From the NCBI RefSeq assembly GCF_009914755.1, contig NC_060937.1: a DNA stretch of 64,000 nucleotides; one strand, written 5' to 3'. Under the pieces are notes generated by a model, which saw only the letters and a program-made list of their open reading frames with translations, was not told the origin of the DNA and ran no database searches. Position numbers and translations under genes: made by a program. Source of the stretch: the human T2T-CHM13v2.0 reference genome, Homo sapiens. Positions 38,496 through 52,994 of this stretch are shown here, piece by piece. The stretch's first letter is position 1, and each line of letters opens with the position of its first letter.

Positions 38496-40374
38496 ATTTT
38501 TAAAAGGGAGGATATCTTGCACATAGAAATCCCACACATCATGCAAGTTGACTATGAAACTAAACATGTTAAAACATTGAGAACCACTTAGGACAACTTA
38601 AACAAAATACATTTACAAATTGCCTTGAATCACTCTCTTGAACTATCTCTGTATATGTGTGTGTGTATATATATATGCATATAAAATATTACAAATATTG
38701 GCGTGTAGTTTTTCAGCCATGGTATTATTGTAGGCTTTAACCTTTTTGTTCAGATGTCCTGAAACAGACCACTTTAAAAATCAGAATTTTTGAAAATATT
38801 AACTCCTTTTTGCACGGTTAATCATACAACCTCTGAAACACCTGAGAAATTATAGTAAAAATAATGTAATCCATTCTCAGGGTTATCATCATGATTACTG
38901 ATATTAAATGCTGGCATCTTTCAGGATGATTGAGATGTGGAAAGAGTAGCTCTGACATGCAGTAAATTCACCTCATGATACTCATGATACTTCTTTTGAT
39001 TGTATGGCTTTTTTAGGCCATTTTCCATCTTTTTTTGGGCCATTTTCCATTCATTAATTCATTTCATTCCATCACGTACCTTCTCAGACATGTGATATAG
39101 ACAGGCACCGATGTCAGTATGCCTGCCTCTAGCACAGATGCATTTCTCCTACACTAACTACTTGCTACATTTATTCTGCAAGAAGCCATTAATTTACACT
39201 ATACAGTCACTAGCTTTGTGAGAAAATAAGAGTATAAAGGTTCTGAGTAAGATTCTTAAGACCTTTTCTAGAAGTAAATAATTTGAACCATACATAAACA
39301 TTTGCAAGATCGATTCAGTAATTTATATTCTTTCGTTATTCCTTTATTCCCACCTGCATTCTGTATAGTGGTAATAAGTATTAGAAAAAAAAAGATCCCC
39401 AAAAACAAGAGGAATTAAATATATATATAGATATTATGAACCAACTGATATGTTCCTTCCTCATTTACACACATTGAAGGAGTTAAGAATGTTTCATCCT
39501 TTCTCCTGGTTTTCTGCTTCTGTCTCTGTTATAAATTATATCACTTAAATATAAATGAATGAATTTTTACTCTATAGCTTTGAGACATTCTGGTTTTTAA
39601 ACCTTTGTTTTTTTTCTAAACACTTTCCAAAATATAGGACCAAATTTTTAACATACTTGAGAGGCTTGAGTAAGCTGAGAACCAAGGAGAGCAGCAGATC
39701 CCTCAGTCCTGGACAGGACCCGCCCCTCCCTTCACTACTGGGGAGGAAACATCCCACCCCTTCTGGCTTCTACCAAATGTGACAACTTGCCTGCTTGGCC
39801 TTCTGTTAAGAGCTGGATTTCCTGTCCCCCTCCCACACACTGGGCAGCAGCCAGACTGCAAAAGTCCAGTTTGACCATGTGGAAACCTTTGCTTGGTTCC
39901 TGCCAGAGCCTTTCAGTAAGCTGCCCTATTTAGAGTCCAGCTCAGATAAATCCTCCCCTTCCACAATCTGGCCTACTACAACAATTGCAAGACCATAGAC
40001 ATCGGCCCCAGTCATGCTTGATTTTTAATTTTTGTTTGCTTAGACTAGGGTTTATTCATCATGTTACCATCATGTCTGAAAAAACTGATAATGGTATCTG
40101 GCATTTTCAGTAAATGGAGGGAGTTGGAGGCCCCAGCCACCTGGGTCTTTCCCAAGTATCTTGAAAGCTGAGAGGATCAACACCTCAGCACACCTGCAGA
40201 CATTTAGGGCCAAGCAGTGGGAAGATCTAAACCCCTGGAAGGAGCCAGAATTCAGTTTGAAATCTACTCACATAGGGAGTGCCCTGGGTGCCATAGGAGC
40301 TGCTGGCAGCAGGGGGTCCCAACTGCGTATCCTCAGCCTTAGAGCACCCACCCTACCCAAACTGGGCACTCAGA

Positions 40375-40836
40375 TGTATTTGTGTCCTAGGCTGCTGTAA
40401 CAAGGCACCATCAGCTGCGTGGCCTAAACAACAGACATGTATTGTCTCACAGCTCTGGAGGCTGGAAGTCTGAGATCAAGGTATTGGCAGAGTGGACTCT
40501 TTCTGAGAACTGGGAGGGAGACTCTGGTCCACGCCTTTTCCAAGCTGCTAGTGGTTTTTCTGCCTGTCTTCAGCTTTCCTTGGCTTGTAGAAGTATCACC
40601 CTGATCTGTGTCTTCTTCTTCGACTGGCATTCTCCGAGTCCCTATCTGTGTATAAATTTCCCCTTTGTGTAAGGACACAGTCATATTCAACGAAGGGTCT
40701 GCCCTACTCTAGCATGACCTTATCATGACTAATTACATCTGCAACAACAGAATTTCCAAGTAAGGTCATATTCTGAGGTTCTGGGGATTAGGACTTCAGC
40801 ACATAAATTTGAGGGGGGCACGTTTCAACCCATAAC
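40375..40836 (-). mobile_element. MaLR solo LTR, MLT1C-like
   Basis: 'ggctgctgtaacaa...tctcacagctctggaggctggaagtctgagatcaagg...taattacatctgcaa...aggtcatattctgagg...tcaacccataac'. Confidence 0.9.
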
Positions 40837-41135
40837 TCCAGGAATGACATTGATGGCTACCTGTAGATCATCTGAGACAGGGTTTGGCACACAGTAGGTT
40901 GGTACTCAATACACATGTGAGTTAAATAAACGAATGCATGAGTGAATCATCCTTTCTGAGTGCCAGTGAAGAAGTCTTTAACTTGGGGTGTCGTGATTTT
41001 CATGATCACCATTGAGCATTGAAGACTATTGAGGAGAGAAGCCGTTGCTGCGAGCTTTCTGAGGCTGCTTGCTGAAAGACGAAGGCACTCCTTGCTGTCT
41101 GATCACAGCAGAAGGCTCTGAATTTGAAGTTGGAG

Positions 41136-41149
41136 TGCTATAAATAGCA
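41136..41149. promoter_or_regulatory. Consensus MEF2 site overlapping a TATA-like sequence
   Basis: TGCTATAAATAGCA; CTATAAATAG (41138-41147) fits CTA(A/T)4TAG. Confidence 0.4.
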
Positions 41150-44100
41150 GTTAGTCTTATCCTTCAAAATGTCATGTGTACTTTTTAAAAAGATTTTAGT
41201 GTCATATGAGAGTCCCTGAGTAATTCAATTTATAGGAAAGGGAGATCAGAAAGAACTAACCATATTATAATTAATTACATATGCAAATGATGGACTACAT
41301 CTAGATGCATGAATCCATGTCTAATCATAGTTGGCAAAGGTTGGCAACTGCACACCTGGACTGGGGAACACACCCCCTGCTCTGCTTAGATACAGACGCC
41401 ATCAACAACCTCTGAAAATTTCCCAGAAAACCTGGAAATTCAGTCCTGTAAGTGCCAAGCCTCCTGCCTTCCCCCATCCCTCTCTGGGGCTTGCCCCCAC
41501 CAGCACACAGCAGTGCAGACACCATACAGCATGGCTGCGCTATGGTGAGGCATGGCCAGTGGGAGGAAGGCCACCAATTGCATACAATAACAACTTTGTT
41601 GTCACTGCTAGGAGCCGAACCAGCTGCGATGCCTTACAATTGCTACTTAAATGTAAGCAGTGTCAGGAAAGTCTGAATGTAAAGAAGTTTCTCAGTTCTT
41701 GAGCCAAATGACCGGTTGCTTGTGTTCTTCTATTAACTCTAAAACAATTAACTCTATCAGCTTATGCTGATAGCCACTGTGCATTTTTTGGAGCACCTGG
41801 GCACTAGCTAAGGATAGTGACTGATATGTGGATGATGAAATATATAATAGAGATGATATAGACATAGATGTGCCAAATGCTATATATACATGTATGTATG
41901 TATATATTCATATATATGCACATGCATACTGATGAAAGCCACTTTGCTGATATCCCCAAATAACCACTGAACTACAGATTCCAGATTTATAGAGCATATT
42001 GTTGGTGTTGTTTCTGAGAGTACCTACCATAGTATTCCTGTGGAAAGATACACACCTATATAGTTTCCATTTTCAAAATGCATGCATGTGCCTCTGTGTG
42101 CGTGTGTGTGCTCCCAAAGCAGCAGTTGTAGGGGACTGCACAGAATAATCGTTCGGGAGATAATCAGGAGTCCTAGATTTGAGTCCCAGTCTTGCCACTG
42201 ATCAAAAATGGAAAGAATGAGTTCTATCACCCAAAGTATGAGCATGCAATTAAAGAGATTATGTGAAAGAACCTTGAAAACTCCAAAAAAAAAAAAAAAT
42301 GACCCTCATGAGACTTCACAAGTCAACAAAGGTAAAAATCAATGGCAAAAGTTTCAGGCAACCTTGTGTTCATCCAGGTGGAGACATGCTTAATCTCTCC
42401 TGACCCTGCAAACACTTCTGGGCACCTCCCTGGCATGCATTCAGTTGGTGCTGCACTGGAGTTGCCATATGACTGCATCCTGAGTCTCTGCTGTGGGACT
42501 GGAGTTATCCTAGGGAAAATGGTGACTAAACCAATTTCCTCTTCAGTGTTCTTTTTCATTCCCATTTCCTCCTGTTTTGGAGACTTATTTTGTCATACAG
42601 TCTTAAAGGAAAGGGATCTGGTTTGCTGGTTCACAATTAGAGGTTGGAGGCAAGGTAGCTCCTCCCCTAGGAGTTTGTGCTCTTTGAAAGCCAATGTGGG
42701 AGGACCTCCCTAGAAGCACATGGAGATATAGCTGAGCAGCATCTATCTACTCACCTACATATTCCCTTGAATGGGGCTAAAGATGTGCATGTTATGCCAA
42801 AAGCTGAAAAAATAGCAACATGAGATAGGAGAATGGATAGTGAATGTTCATTGTGAACTCTTTAAGGAGCAATACCTCATTTCCTATTTCCTTCATCCCT
42901 CCCATTCACCTTTCACACTGAATTCTTAGCCAACTCTACATAAAATAGACTCCCAATAGGACCAGTATGGCTATACTCAAAATAGCCTCTCTCTAATATG
43001 GGCTCAATTTATAACCTGGGTAGCTGGTACAGTTCATACGTAGAAAAGTTTTGGCCATTCAAAAATATTGGAATGTCTGATTCCTGCTTGATATTCTGTA
43101 GAAGTAAGGGCACCAATTTGCAAGTCAGGAGGCCAGACCACAGTGTCTCCTTAACTGCCAAATGTCTATATATCCTTGGACAGACCCCTTCATTGCAATA
43201 GAGCACATTTTTTCTCAATAAAATGACTGAATTGAAAGCTATAGCTCTAAAAAGCTTTCAATTCAGTGCTGGAAATTCAAGTTATATGGACTGTTTTAAT
43301 TTCCATGGTAGTCGATAAATAATATGGTATGGCATTTTGGTTAACTTGAAATTACCATGTAACTCCATATATGGAGTTACTATATAATTTGCAATTCTCA
43401 AAGAATCATAATGCAAAAAATAAGTATTTAACAATGCAACATATAGAATACAATTTTTAAATGAATTTGAAACATAATGCTTCCCAGGGTCATTATAAAC
43501 ACAAATTTTCATTTATCCATATATTTTAAATTGCTAATTATTGGAAATTTTTGATAAATTCTTGTTAGTGGCTTTTCCATACTCTATTGTTTAAAGTACG
43601 TTTGTGTGCATGTGAGATTATTACAAGCAAAGGTAACTGAATAGGGACCTACTGCCAAAATCTGCTTACATTTCACTAATTTTGATTAGGCCTTAATGTG
43701 TTTTCTAAACTTGGGTAGGGCATACCAAATACAACAAAACTAGATTCCACATCTAGTTCATAATCAGGAGCATTAAGTATATGATGACTCTATCAATTCT
43801 CAGTAGTTTGGATTCCATAACTAATAAAGAATCATGTTTTATCCTGATTAATTGGTTCAGATTAATTTAGCACCCCCTGCCAATGTCCCATTTTAACTGT
43901 CTTCAAACCCAAAGGTAGAAAGTGGCATTTAAATGTTTTTCAACTCTGTACTGGGAGCAGACCAAATTTCCTAAGTCAGATCCAAGCCAGAGTGGTTTGA
44001 CCCAGACAGGATTAGATTGAGCCTAGGAAGGGTGAGATTGGAGAGAGGCACCCAAACCCTGGAACACAAGGAGGGTGGCTGACAAGCCCTTTTCCTTCCA

Positions 44101-45975
44101 GCATTCACTGTAATGAAAAACTAATGGGCTGGAGATTTGCCTTCTAGGAAGAGCTTAAGCATTGCTTTACTAAACACACCTACATATTGTCTCTAAATGT
44201 CATGCTAAGATGTACAGGGTATTGCCATGAACTTCTTGAGCAGTTAACTCAGTGGCTTAATGCTTGCCGTGAAGCATCTTTAAACGGAAACATCCTTTAC
44301 TACTAAGACTGAGGCTTCACCATGGTATCAAAGGAAGTCAGTAAAATGTACCTTGGCATAGAGTGCAGGAACATATTTATTACTGGTGGGAAAGACCTAT
44401 TAGGCCTGTCTGTCACAATGCCAATGTATAATTTATCCCTGAGGCTTTTGGGGATCCTATAACTGCCATGATTTTAATGGCTGGTGGTGAGTCATGGGCA
44501 TTTATGAAGATAGAGCACTTCACCGACTACTGATTGGACTCCTAAGATGCACATAATCCTTAAAAAATTATCCAAAACTTTGTCTTAAATTTGAAGTCTT
44601 CTCATACTTATAAATAAAGTTGTGGTTCAATAGCTCTTTCTCTGTCTTCTGCATGATTTCCTTTTGGTACAATTATCATCATTGACTTGGCAAAAACAAT
44701 GTAAAACACAGGGCTGCATGGAACTTCTAGAATTTCAGAGGATGAATACATTTGTAGCTTCATACTAAAATGTGTCTAAATTATTCCTAAAACATGCATT
44801 ATAATATGTGTTCTAATTCCACATCCCTATTATAGAAACAAATACACATACATTCCCGTACTGTCCCATCTCTACCTCTTCCAGTCTATCACCAAACTTA
44901 ACATTAAAAAAAAAAAGTTGCCATGTGATATTGAAAACAAAACAAAGTATAAGCTAAAGAAATATCCTACTTTAACCTCTTTGATCCTTGCTTTTCTCAC
45001 AAATTGATCCTTACGCTAGCATTTCTTAAACTGGCAAACAGCTTAAAGGTGAAACAGAAGCCCTGTGGTTTCTGCTCATAAAGTAAATTTGGTTAGTATT
45101 GACTCCAAAGGCTTTTGTTTCCATTTTTGCCCAAGTGTAAGGTTAAAAAAGTTGCTGCAATGTCAATTTATAAATTATTGTTAATCTGTGTCAGCATTTG
45201 ACACATCGCAGTATATGAGAAACACTGAGAAAAATTGTTCCATGTCAGTTTGAGACCTTTTAAGCTGCATTAGTCACAGATTTCTCTAAGAATACCTGGA
45301 ATTCTGAGTCCTCAAATTAAATCAGGATTATATGTAGTTATAAAGGATTTATAAGTTCATATTTTCTGTAGTTCATTAACTTGCTTCTTTTTATTTCATT
45401 TCCTGTCTTTGTTATTGATGAAGTAAGCTAACTGAATTTCATTAAAGTCTGTTTTATAATTTTCATATAAGTTGTCTAACCAATAAATACATAAAAGACT
45501 GGTTTCACCATTTGAAAGGCATTGATATGACATTGGTAAAGATCAAAAGCTTATCTCAGAGACAAATTGAAATCATATCATTTGTGTAGTAATCAAGATT
45601 AAATTTACCAAGAGTCCTTTCTTTTTAAAAACTGTATTGGCTCCTTTGTGAATATAGCAGTAAGATTTTACCAGACGTCCCTCTATATTTTTTGACCTTT
45701 GAGCCTTGAAAAGATAAATGACCTACAATAATCAATATTCTATCAATCATTAAGAACAAATTGGAATTAAGTTAACCTCCTAGTAGCAATAAAATCTCAT
45801 ACTCATAGGAGATTTGAATTCAGGTTCTGAGATTAATTTGCTGCTCTCCCACTTGTAATGTACAACTAAAGGAAACAAATTTAGTTCAGGTCAGTGATTA
45901 TTTCATTAAGCCTTCAAACCACTGCTTAACAGAATGTTATATATCAGATGACTCTTTAAAGGATCCCAACGTGCA

Positions 45976-45978
<3 letters not shown>

Positions 45979-46028
<50 letters not shown>
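45979..46028. repeat. (TG)25 microsatellite
   Basis: Perfect TG run. Confidence 0.97.
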
Positions 46029-46030
<2 letters not shown>

Positions 46031-46289
46031 GCTGTACATGTGCTGTTGTATGTGAGCACAGGCACACATCTGGAGGCATTATCATATATATCCTTGTCTG
46101 ATTTTATGGGAAAAAGAAAGCTATGATAATATTTTTACACTCAAGGACAATAATCATAGCTATAAAATTCAGTGTGCCTAATGCCATATCCTAACTCTAA
46201 GATAAAAGTGGAAAGAAGCGGCTGTGGGCTTAAGGAATGGAGGGAGAGAACCCTCTTTCTAGTGCCCTCCCTACAACACTAATAAGAGC

Positions 46290-46650
46290 CTCATATGTGT
46301 TGTGATGAAGAGCTTGGGCTCTAGGGTTAGACTGACTGGGTTCAAATTCTGTTTCTACCATTTACTAAGTATGTCCTTTGAGTCATTTATCTAATCTCAC
46401 CAAGCCTCAGTTTCTTCATCTGTAAAATGGGGCATTTATTTTTACTCATTCAACAAAAAAAGGTCTTCAATGTCTGATACATGCTGGGCGCTATGCATCC
46501 TGAGATGCAATCATAAACAATACCTAGCTTTCTTCCCACCCCTTGTGGAGCTTTAATGCTAGTGGTCCTTGTCAGGGTTAGATCAGCTCATGCATCAAAG
46601 TCTTTGACACAGTGGCTAGAACAGAGCAGGCCCTCAAAAAACGTCAGTTC
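46290..46650 (+). mobile_element. MIR interrupted by an antisense L2 3' end (~46440-46555)
   Basis: 'ctgggttcaaattctgtttctaccatttacta...gcctcagtttcttcatctgtaaaatgggg', then 'ctcattcaacaaa...tgctgggcgcta', then MIR tail 'gtcagggttagatcagctcatgcat'. Confidence 0.75.
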
Positions 46651-47479
46651 ATGGGAGGATAATTATCACCGGGTGTCAGGTGACATGATCTCCAATCCCC
46701 ACAACAATAGGGTAACTGTTATTAACTTTGTTTTACATATTAGGAAACTAAGGCTAATAAGATAAGATGTCTGGCCCATTTATAGTTTGTTTTTCTCTAT
46801 TAAAGACAGATATTGCATTTTTATATGAGAAGATCTGTGTGTTCAAAACGTGTTACAAATGTGAATACACTTAAATAATAACTCCTTAAAACTCACCCCC
46901 TTTTCACTGTACCATATCGCCTGCTAACCATTAATTGATATTTGTTTTTTTTTGATAATTTTGCAAATGTTAAAGGTGAATTTTTAAAAACTTTACTGTG
47001 ATTCTCAATTCAATATCATAAGCACACACATACATATGCACACACAGCACCATCAAAAGATTTTTTTAAAAAAAGAGGAAAAGATCCTTGCAATCATAGC
47101 ACATCAAAGAGAAAATGCTCAAAGGAAATGGAAGAAACCTGAAAATAAAAGATGGGACCAGACTTCTACAAACAGCTGTCAAATAGCCTACAGAAACAAG
47201 GCATAAAGGATCCCAAAGGAAAGATGAAAAAATTATACTGGGTTTTTAATTAAACCTGGAATTTTTTTTTTCCAAAGAATTTTGAAAAGAAATGGAGAGC
47301 ATCCTGTTAGATCAAGGTTATGAACAGAAGAAAAAAATTTTAGAAAAACGTTGTGAAATTATTTTTCTCTTTTTATTAAGAAAAAACAATACCAACAGTC
47401 TTTACAATATTGCTTGGGGCCATTCAAAGACTGTACTTCCTTTTCATGATCATTTTCTGTCTGATCTTGGGTCTTACCA

Positions 47480-47945
47480 CACCCTCTTGTGCACCCCACT
47501 CAGCCATTGTGGGCACCGTGGTATTATTTGAATGTGCAAAGAGGCATACTAACAGGCTGTTTCCTCTGCCTGGAATTCTATCGTCTGGAGTGTATCATGG
47601 GTAAGGCCCTTCCTTCCTTCAAGAGGCCTGCACTGTCCTTACAATTTAAAATTTCAATTTGCAACCTCACCCGTATTTTAGTAATCCTGATCCCAGTTAC
47701 CTAAGCTTTATTTTTCTTCTAACACTACCATCCTCGGTCACACTATGTGCTCTACTTATCTACCATGTTTATCTTTTATTTTGTCTGTTTCCTCCTGCCT
47801 AGTCCAAAATGAATATAAGCTCAACGAAGGCACAGAATTTTGCCTTCATTTGTGTTTGTTTTCATTCATCTGTTCACTGGTGTACTCTGGTGAATATAAA
47901 CTGTGACTAATGTGAACAAACAAAAAGTGTTTGTTCAATAAATCC
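47480..47945 (+). mobile_element. L2 3' fragment
   Basis: 'ggctgtttcctctgcctggaa', 'gaatataagctcaacgaaggcacagaattttg', 'tgtttgttcaataaat'. Confidence 0.7.
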
Positions 47946-48625
47946 TAAATACCTATAATTTTTTTCATACTTGCTCCAATGGACATAGGTGATGCTTAAA
48001 AGCAAAACCAAACAAAATAGCCTAGCACTTCTGATTGGGCATCTTTAAGAGTAAAGGAAAACTAATCATCTCTGTTACTTGTAGAATTGAAATGTGAGAT
48101 GAATTCAGATCACTATGAGTATTGTTCAATTCAAATTTTAAAGCATAACCTCAAATAATAACTAAATGAAATTTGTAAATAAGCCCAGAAGCCCAGGAAT
48201 AACAATCAAAGCATCAAATGCAAGCATCAAATGAAAATGCAATAAATTTCTTGACTGAAAACATGTCAGCCAAAATACTGTATTGAAAAATGCCATTAAA
48301 TATGCTAAAGTGACAAACTGCACAATGCAAATAAAACTATCAGTATAATTAAGCCGAACTTATATAGAATTATTATATAGCCTAAGTTCAATTTAAATAA
48401 ATCAAACCCAAAAGAAGAATACTGACCTCTTGCTTATGATTTTCTTGGCCCAGTAAACTCTTTTCTTGGGACATATTAGTGATTGGTAAATAAATAATGA
48501 ATGGTATAAATATTTAGCACTACTTCCTCATCGCTGAAGGAAGAAAAAAGTACTTATCTATTTATAAGTTGGCTATGAAATGGGGTTTGGGGGATAGAAG
48601 AAACATGCACACAAGAAAATAGCTC

Positions 48626-48826
48626 AAAAAGGAAGGAAGGAGGGAAGGAGGGAAAGGGAGGGAAAGGGAGGAGAAGGGAGGGGAAGGGAGGGGAAGGGAA
48701 GGGAAGGGAAGGGAAGGGAAGGAAGGAAGGAAGGAAGGAAGGAAGGAAGGAAGGAAGGAAGGAAGGAAGGAAGGAAAGAGGGAGGGAAGGAAGGAAGAAA
48801 AAAAAGGAAGGAAGGAAGGAAGGAAA
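48626..48826. repeat. 201-bp pure-purine tract with GGGAA pentamers and (GGAA)15
   Basis: No C or T between 48626 and 48826; 15 consecutive GGAA at 48717-48776. Confidence 0.95.
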
Positions 48827-49575
48827 TATATATGAGCAAACCAATGTTTCAGATATGGGAAATTGTGACTAAAAAAGAGGGATCATGAAAACTAAAATAT
48901 ATGAACTAGTAGAATATGATTTTGAAACAGTCAAGATAACCCCAATTATTCCCCACGGAAACTGAACCTGAAGGGAAAGTTCTGTTCAGCTCATGTGTTA
49001 AACCATAATAATAGTTCAACCCAGCATAAGATAAACACAGAAAAAATCCAAAAGCCCAAATTGAAACAAGTTAAATAAATAGAATTTCCCAGCAACTATG
49101 ATCACAGTTCAAGGTGTCTTCATCAAAATAAAGTTCAAAAATGCCAAGTAATGGTCTACCAGCCTACCTGGTGTAGATTTCTGGTCCTCCAAATTGCATA
49201 AACTATTTAAGTCCCTATTTCTTTACTTTCAGTAACATTAATGTTAATATAAAATTATAAACACAGCTTCTCACATTTGGCTGGTTTGCAACACATCTGT
49301 TAGGATCCAAGGTGACTTGGCAGGGAGCAGTGGGTCAAGTCAACACACCACAACATAAAACCACTTAAAAGTCACCACTAATTATTATTGTTATCTCGCA
49401 TAAGCTTACACCAATATACAATGCAAGGGCAAGTATCCATTGAATTACTAACAGATGCCTCCAACTCCAAACAATTACCTTAATTCAAATAAATAGATTT
49501 GGCCAAATCACTTATATAAATCTCTTTTATCTAACAGAGGGCGACTGTACTACGATCATGAAAACAGAGGAGATC

Positions 49576-49896
<321 letters not shown>

Positions 49897-50524
49897 TCAA
49901 GAATTGACTCATTTCCAAAAAAAAATAAAAATAAAAATAAATAAAAAATAAATAAATGGTTTATAAGCAAAAGGCAGGATAAAAGAACCTGGAAGGATCA
50001 AAAAAAAAAAAAACAGAATAAATGCTGGAATGTGAATTAGCAGAAATTCTTCACTGCTATGAAAAGAAAAATGAAAGTGGCCTAAAACTCATAAGTCTCC
50101 CTATTATCTCAAACCAGAGCACGAATGGTCTTCTCCATTCTCCCTTCTGGAATGAAAGGCAGTGAAGTCTCACTGTTTTATTTTGTACTTGAATTTTAAC
50201 ATAAACAAACATTTGCAACTTATTCAAGTTAACCATCTTGAAGGTTGAAGTTCTTCATAAGTACATTTATTATTTAATCGCTTATTTATCAAAAATTTTG
50301 ACCATTAACTATGTATAAACCTGTGCCAAGCACTAACTGGGCAGAAATCAAATTCTTTGCAAGTGGCTATAAAATTCTGTGAGTGGTCTGGCTAAAATAG
50401 GTGAATTTGTCTTCCAGATAGACTATTTTATCTTCCATATTTCTAGAAAAACTGACATCTAAACATGTCTCTACCTCCTCTATTTTCCCACATAAAGCAC
50501 AGGTTTCTATCCTCCTTGTAGTTA

Positions 50525-50665
50525 TTTGCTAGAATATTAGTCTGCCCCTCTAGACTGTGAACTCCTCAAAGCAAGAATTCTGTCCATTCATGGAGCTCCC
50601 ACCTACTCCCACACTTAAAGCTCTAGAGCACTGCCTGGTACATTGTGGATGCTTAGAATAGCTGT
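50525..50665 (+). mobile_element. L2 3' fragment
   Basis: 'ctagactgtgaactcctcaaagcaagaa...ctagagcactgcctggtacattgtggatgctta'. Confidence 0.7.
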
Positions 50666-51479
50666 ATCGTGTGATACACGAAGGAGGAGCAATAACGTAG
50701 AGTGGTAAAGGGGAAAATGAGTTCCTTAGTATAAATATCTTGTATAAATTAAGATACATTATACATGTATAAATTAAGATGGAGCCCTAACAAATAAATG
50801 GAGCCCTAACACTGCTCATATTCCAGGAGTTATAAGAGTATTCCAGATATTCTGGTGTTCCGGTGAAACTGATGCCATTATTTGTAGGAATAGGAAAATC
50901 CTGAAGCCCTACATGCTCTTGGCAAACCCTCCATTCTCCTCTCCCCTTATCACACCAAGCCTCACCACCATAATGTCCCTAGGCCTCCTACAGCCTAAGT
51001 TTATTTTCCATTTTTAAGAAGCCTAGGAGTTCCAGTTCGTTCCTGACCTCTCAGACTGTCACCCCATATGGTTCTGTACATCCTCCTCTCTGGCCCTATC
51101 CACTATGACCTAACTGCTGAAGTTCTTTCACTTTCAACTTTCAGTTGAGCAAATAGAGGGTTGCATTAATACCCATGAGCTTACATCAAAGCTCATGGCT
51201 ACTAGTACAAAAGCTCATGGTTATTAGTACAACCCACTATTTGATCAACTTCTCTGACTCTACCCTTCAGCTTCTTGCTCCAAGGCTGAGAGCTGGCTCT
51301 CCTCTGAAGATTTGGCTTCTTATTAGCCCTGTGAGTGAAGGCTGCTTTTTTTCCACATGACCCCAACAGTAGTGTCAAAAGCCTCCTTGTTCTTTGCCAG
51401 ATCTCTCTCCATTCCCCCTCCCGAAAGACCTATAGCTCTTCTGCACTGCCTGTGAGCAGGACTCAATGTGAGCAGACCT

Positions 51480-52980
51480 TTGTCATTCCCTTAAAACCCA
51501 TCAACCACTTGCTCTGTATTGCAACCACCTGCTGACCACTCCCTTCCCTGTTGGAGTTCTTCAACTTTTAGTTCATCATCAATCTACCCAAGAGTATTCA
51601 AAATAATCCTTGGTGATTTCCCTTTCCAGTTCATGGTGGCCTTTCAGTTCCTTGCATCTTTCCTCCAACCTTGTGCTCTGTTCAACTTCAGCTGCTCAGA
51701 CCTGTGGATGTATCCAAGAAGACTGAATCTCCTGAATGACCTCATTACTAAGCACCCCTGCTCAGATCAACACCTCCTGTTTTCCACCTTACTCCTTTAA
51801 TCTTAACCCTACCATGTTGTACAATCCATTCATCTCCTCACCCTTTCCATGGCCCTTACGCACCCCCACCTTATGCCCTCACTTCTCAGCTTATATTTCA
51901 TAATTATTAGCTCTTTATTACACTCTTCTGGCAAAACTCTGATCACATTTAAACCTAAATTTTCACCAACTAATCTGTGAATCCTGAACCTGACTTGAGC
52001 ATCATGTTCACTTCCCCAAAGTTAAACCCGCAATCGTGCCAGTTATTCTCACTCTGATCACACAACCGCTAACCCCAAGTGGACCCTTAATGCTGACAGG
52101 CAGGGAGCCAGCAGAGACGTGTTTCTGTCACTCTAACCCTCTTCTAGAGGACAATTCAGTATTGTTCTCCACTCCAAATTTCAGCAGAGCCTCCCTGTCT
52201 GCACTCAGCTCAAGATCTGATTTTGCCTTCACAATGAGAAAATAGAAGTAAACAGAAGAGAATGCCCTCAACTCCCACAAGTTCATCTCTTCACCTACCA
52301 GCATCTGTGCTCCTATCCGCTGCCTTCCTTCCTATTATTGTGAACCAATTTTCTCTGTTCTTATCTATGATCAAGTCCTACACTTTTGTACTGGATCCCA
52401 TCCCATCTCACCTATTCAAGAACATTGCTATAGCAATTCTCAACTCTCTCTCCTGCATCATCTATTTTTCTTTTACCAATTAATCATACTATAATATCTC
52501 AAGTCTTACAAAATTAAAAAAATCCCATACTCTCTTGACACAGGAATAATTTTGGGACACCTAACTCCAAAACACTGCCTATATTCTTGCTCCTTCCAGT
52601 TCTTCCTCCAGTTTCTCTTTAGCTATCTACAATAAAGTTTCAATCCCGCCCCACTCCCATTTCAAGTATACCTCTGTTCATGCCTTTGCTGCAAGGTGAC
52701 TTTCTTGGCAAGGCCTTCCTGACCACCCTACTCAAAACTGCAAGCTCCACACCCCTGATCATCACTCCCTCCTCCCTTCATGGCCTCATTGTCCTCTAAA
52801 GCTTCCGTTACCATGTGACGTTCCATGCATGTATTTATTTCTTCACTATCTGTCTCCCCTCTACAAGTAGGAAAGTGCCATGAAATCAGGATTCTTTGTC
52901 TACTTTATTTTCTGCAATTTTTCTGGCATCTAAAATAGCAATATGCCAATAAATATGTGTTAAATAAATTAATGAATGGA
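51480..52980 (+). mobile_element. Long fragmented L2 remnant
   Basis: 'aatccttggtgatttc', 'gagaaaatagaagtaaacagaagagaa', 'gtactggatcccatcccatctcacctattcaagaac', 'aggccttcctgaccacccta', 3' end 'caataaatatgtgttaaataaattaatgaatg'. Confidence 0.8.
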
Positions 52981-52994
52981 TGTGAGAGAATTAT

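Noticed and set aside
40303-40320. CTCF-like GGCAGCAGGGGGTC
   Set aside because: Mismatches at key consensus positions; a single weak motif is not supportable
48554-48844. Low-complexity F/L/P/S ORFs
   Set aside because: Translations of the (TTCC)n repeat
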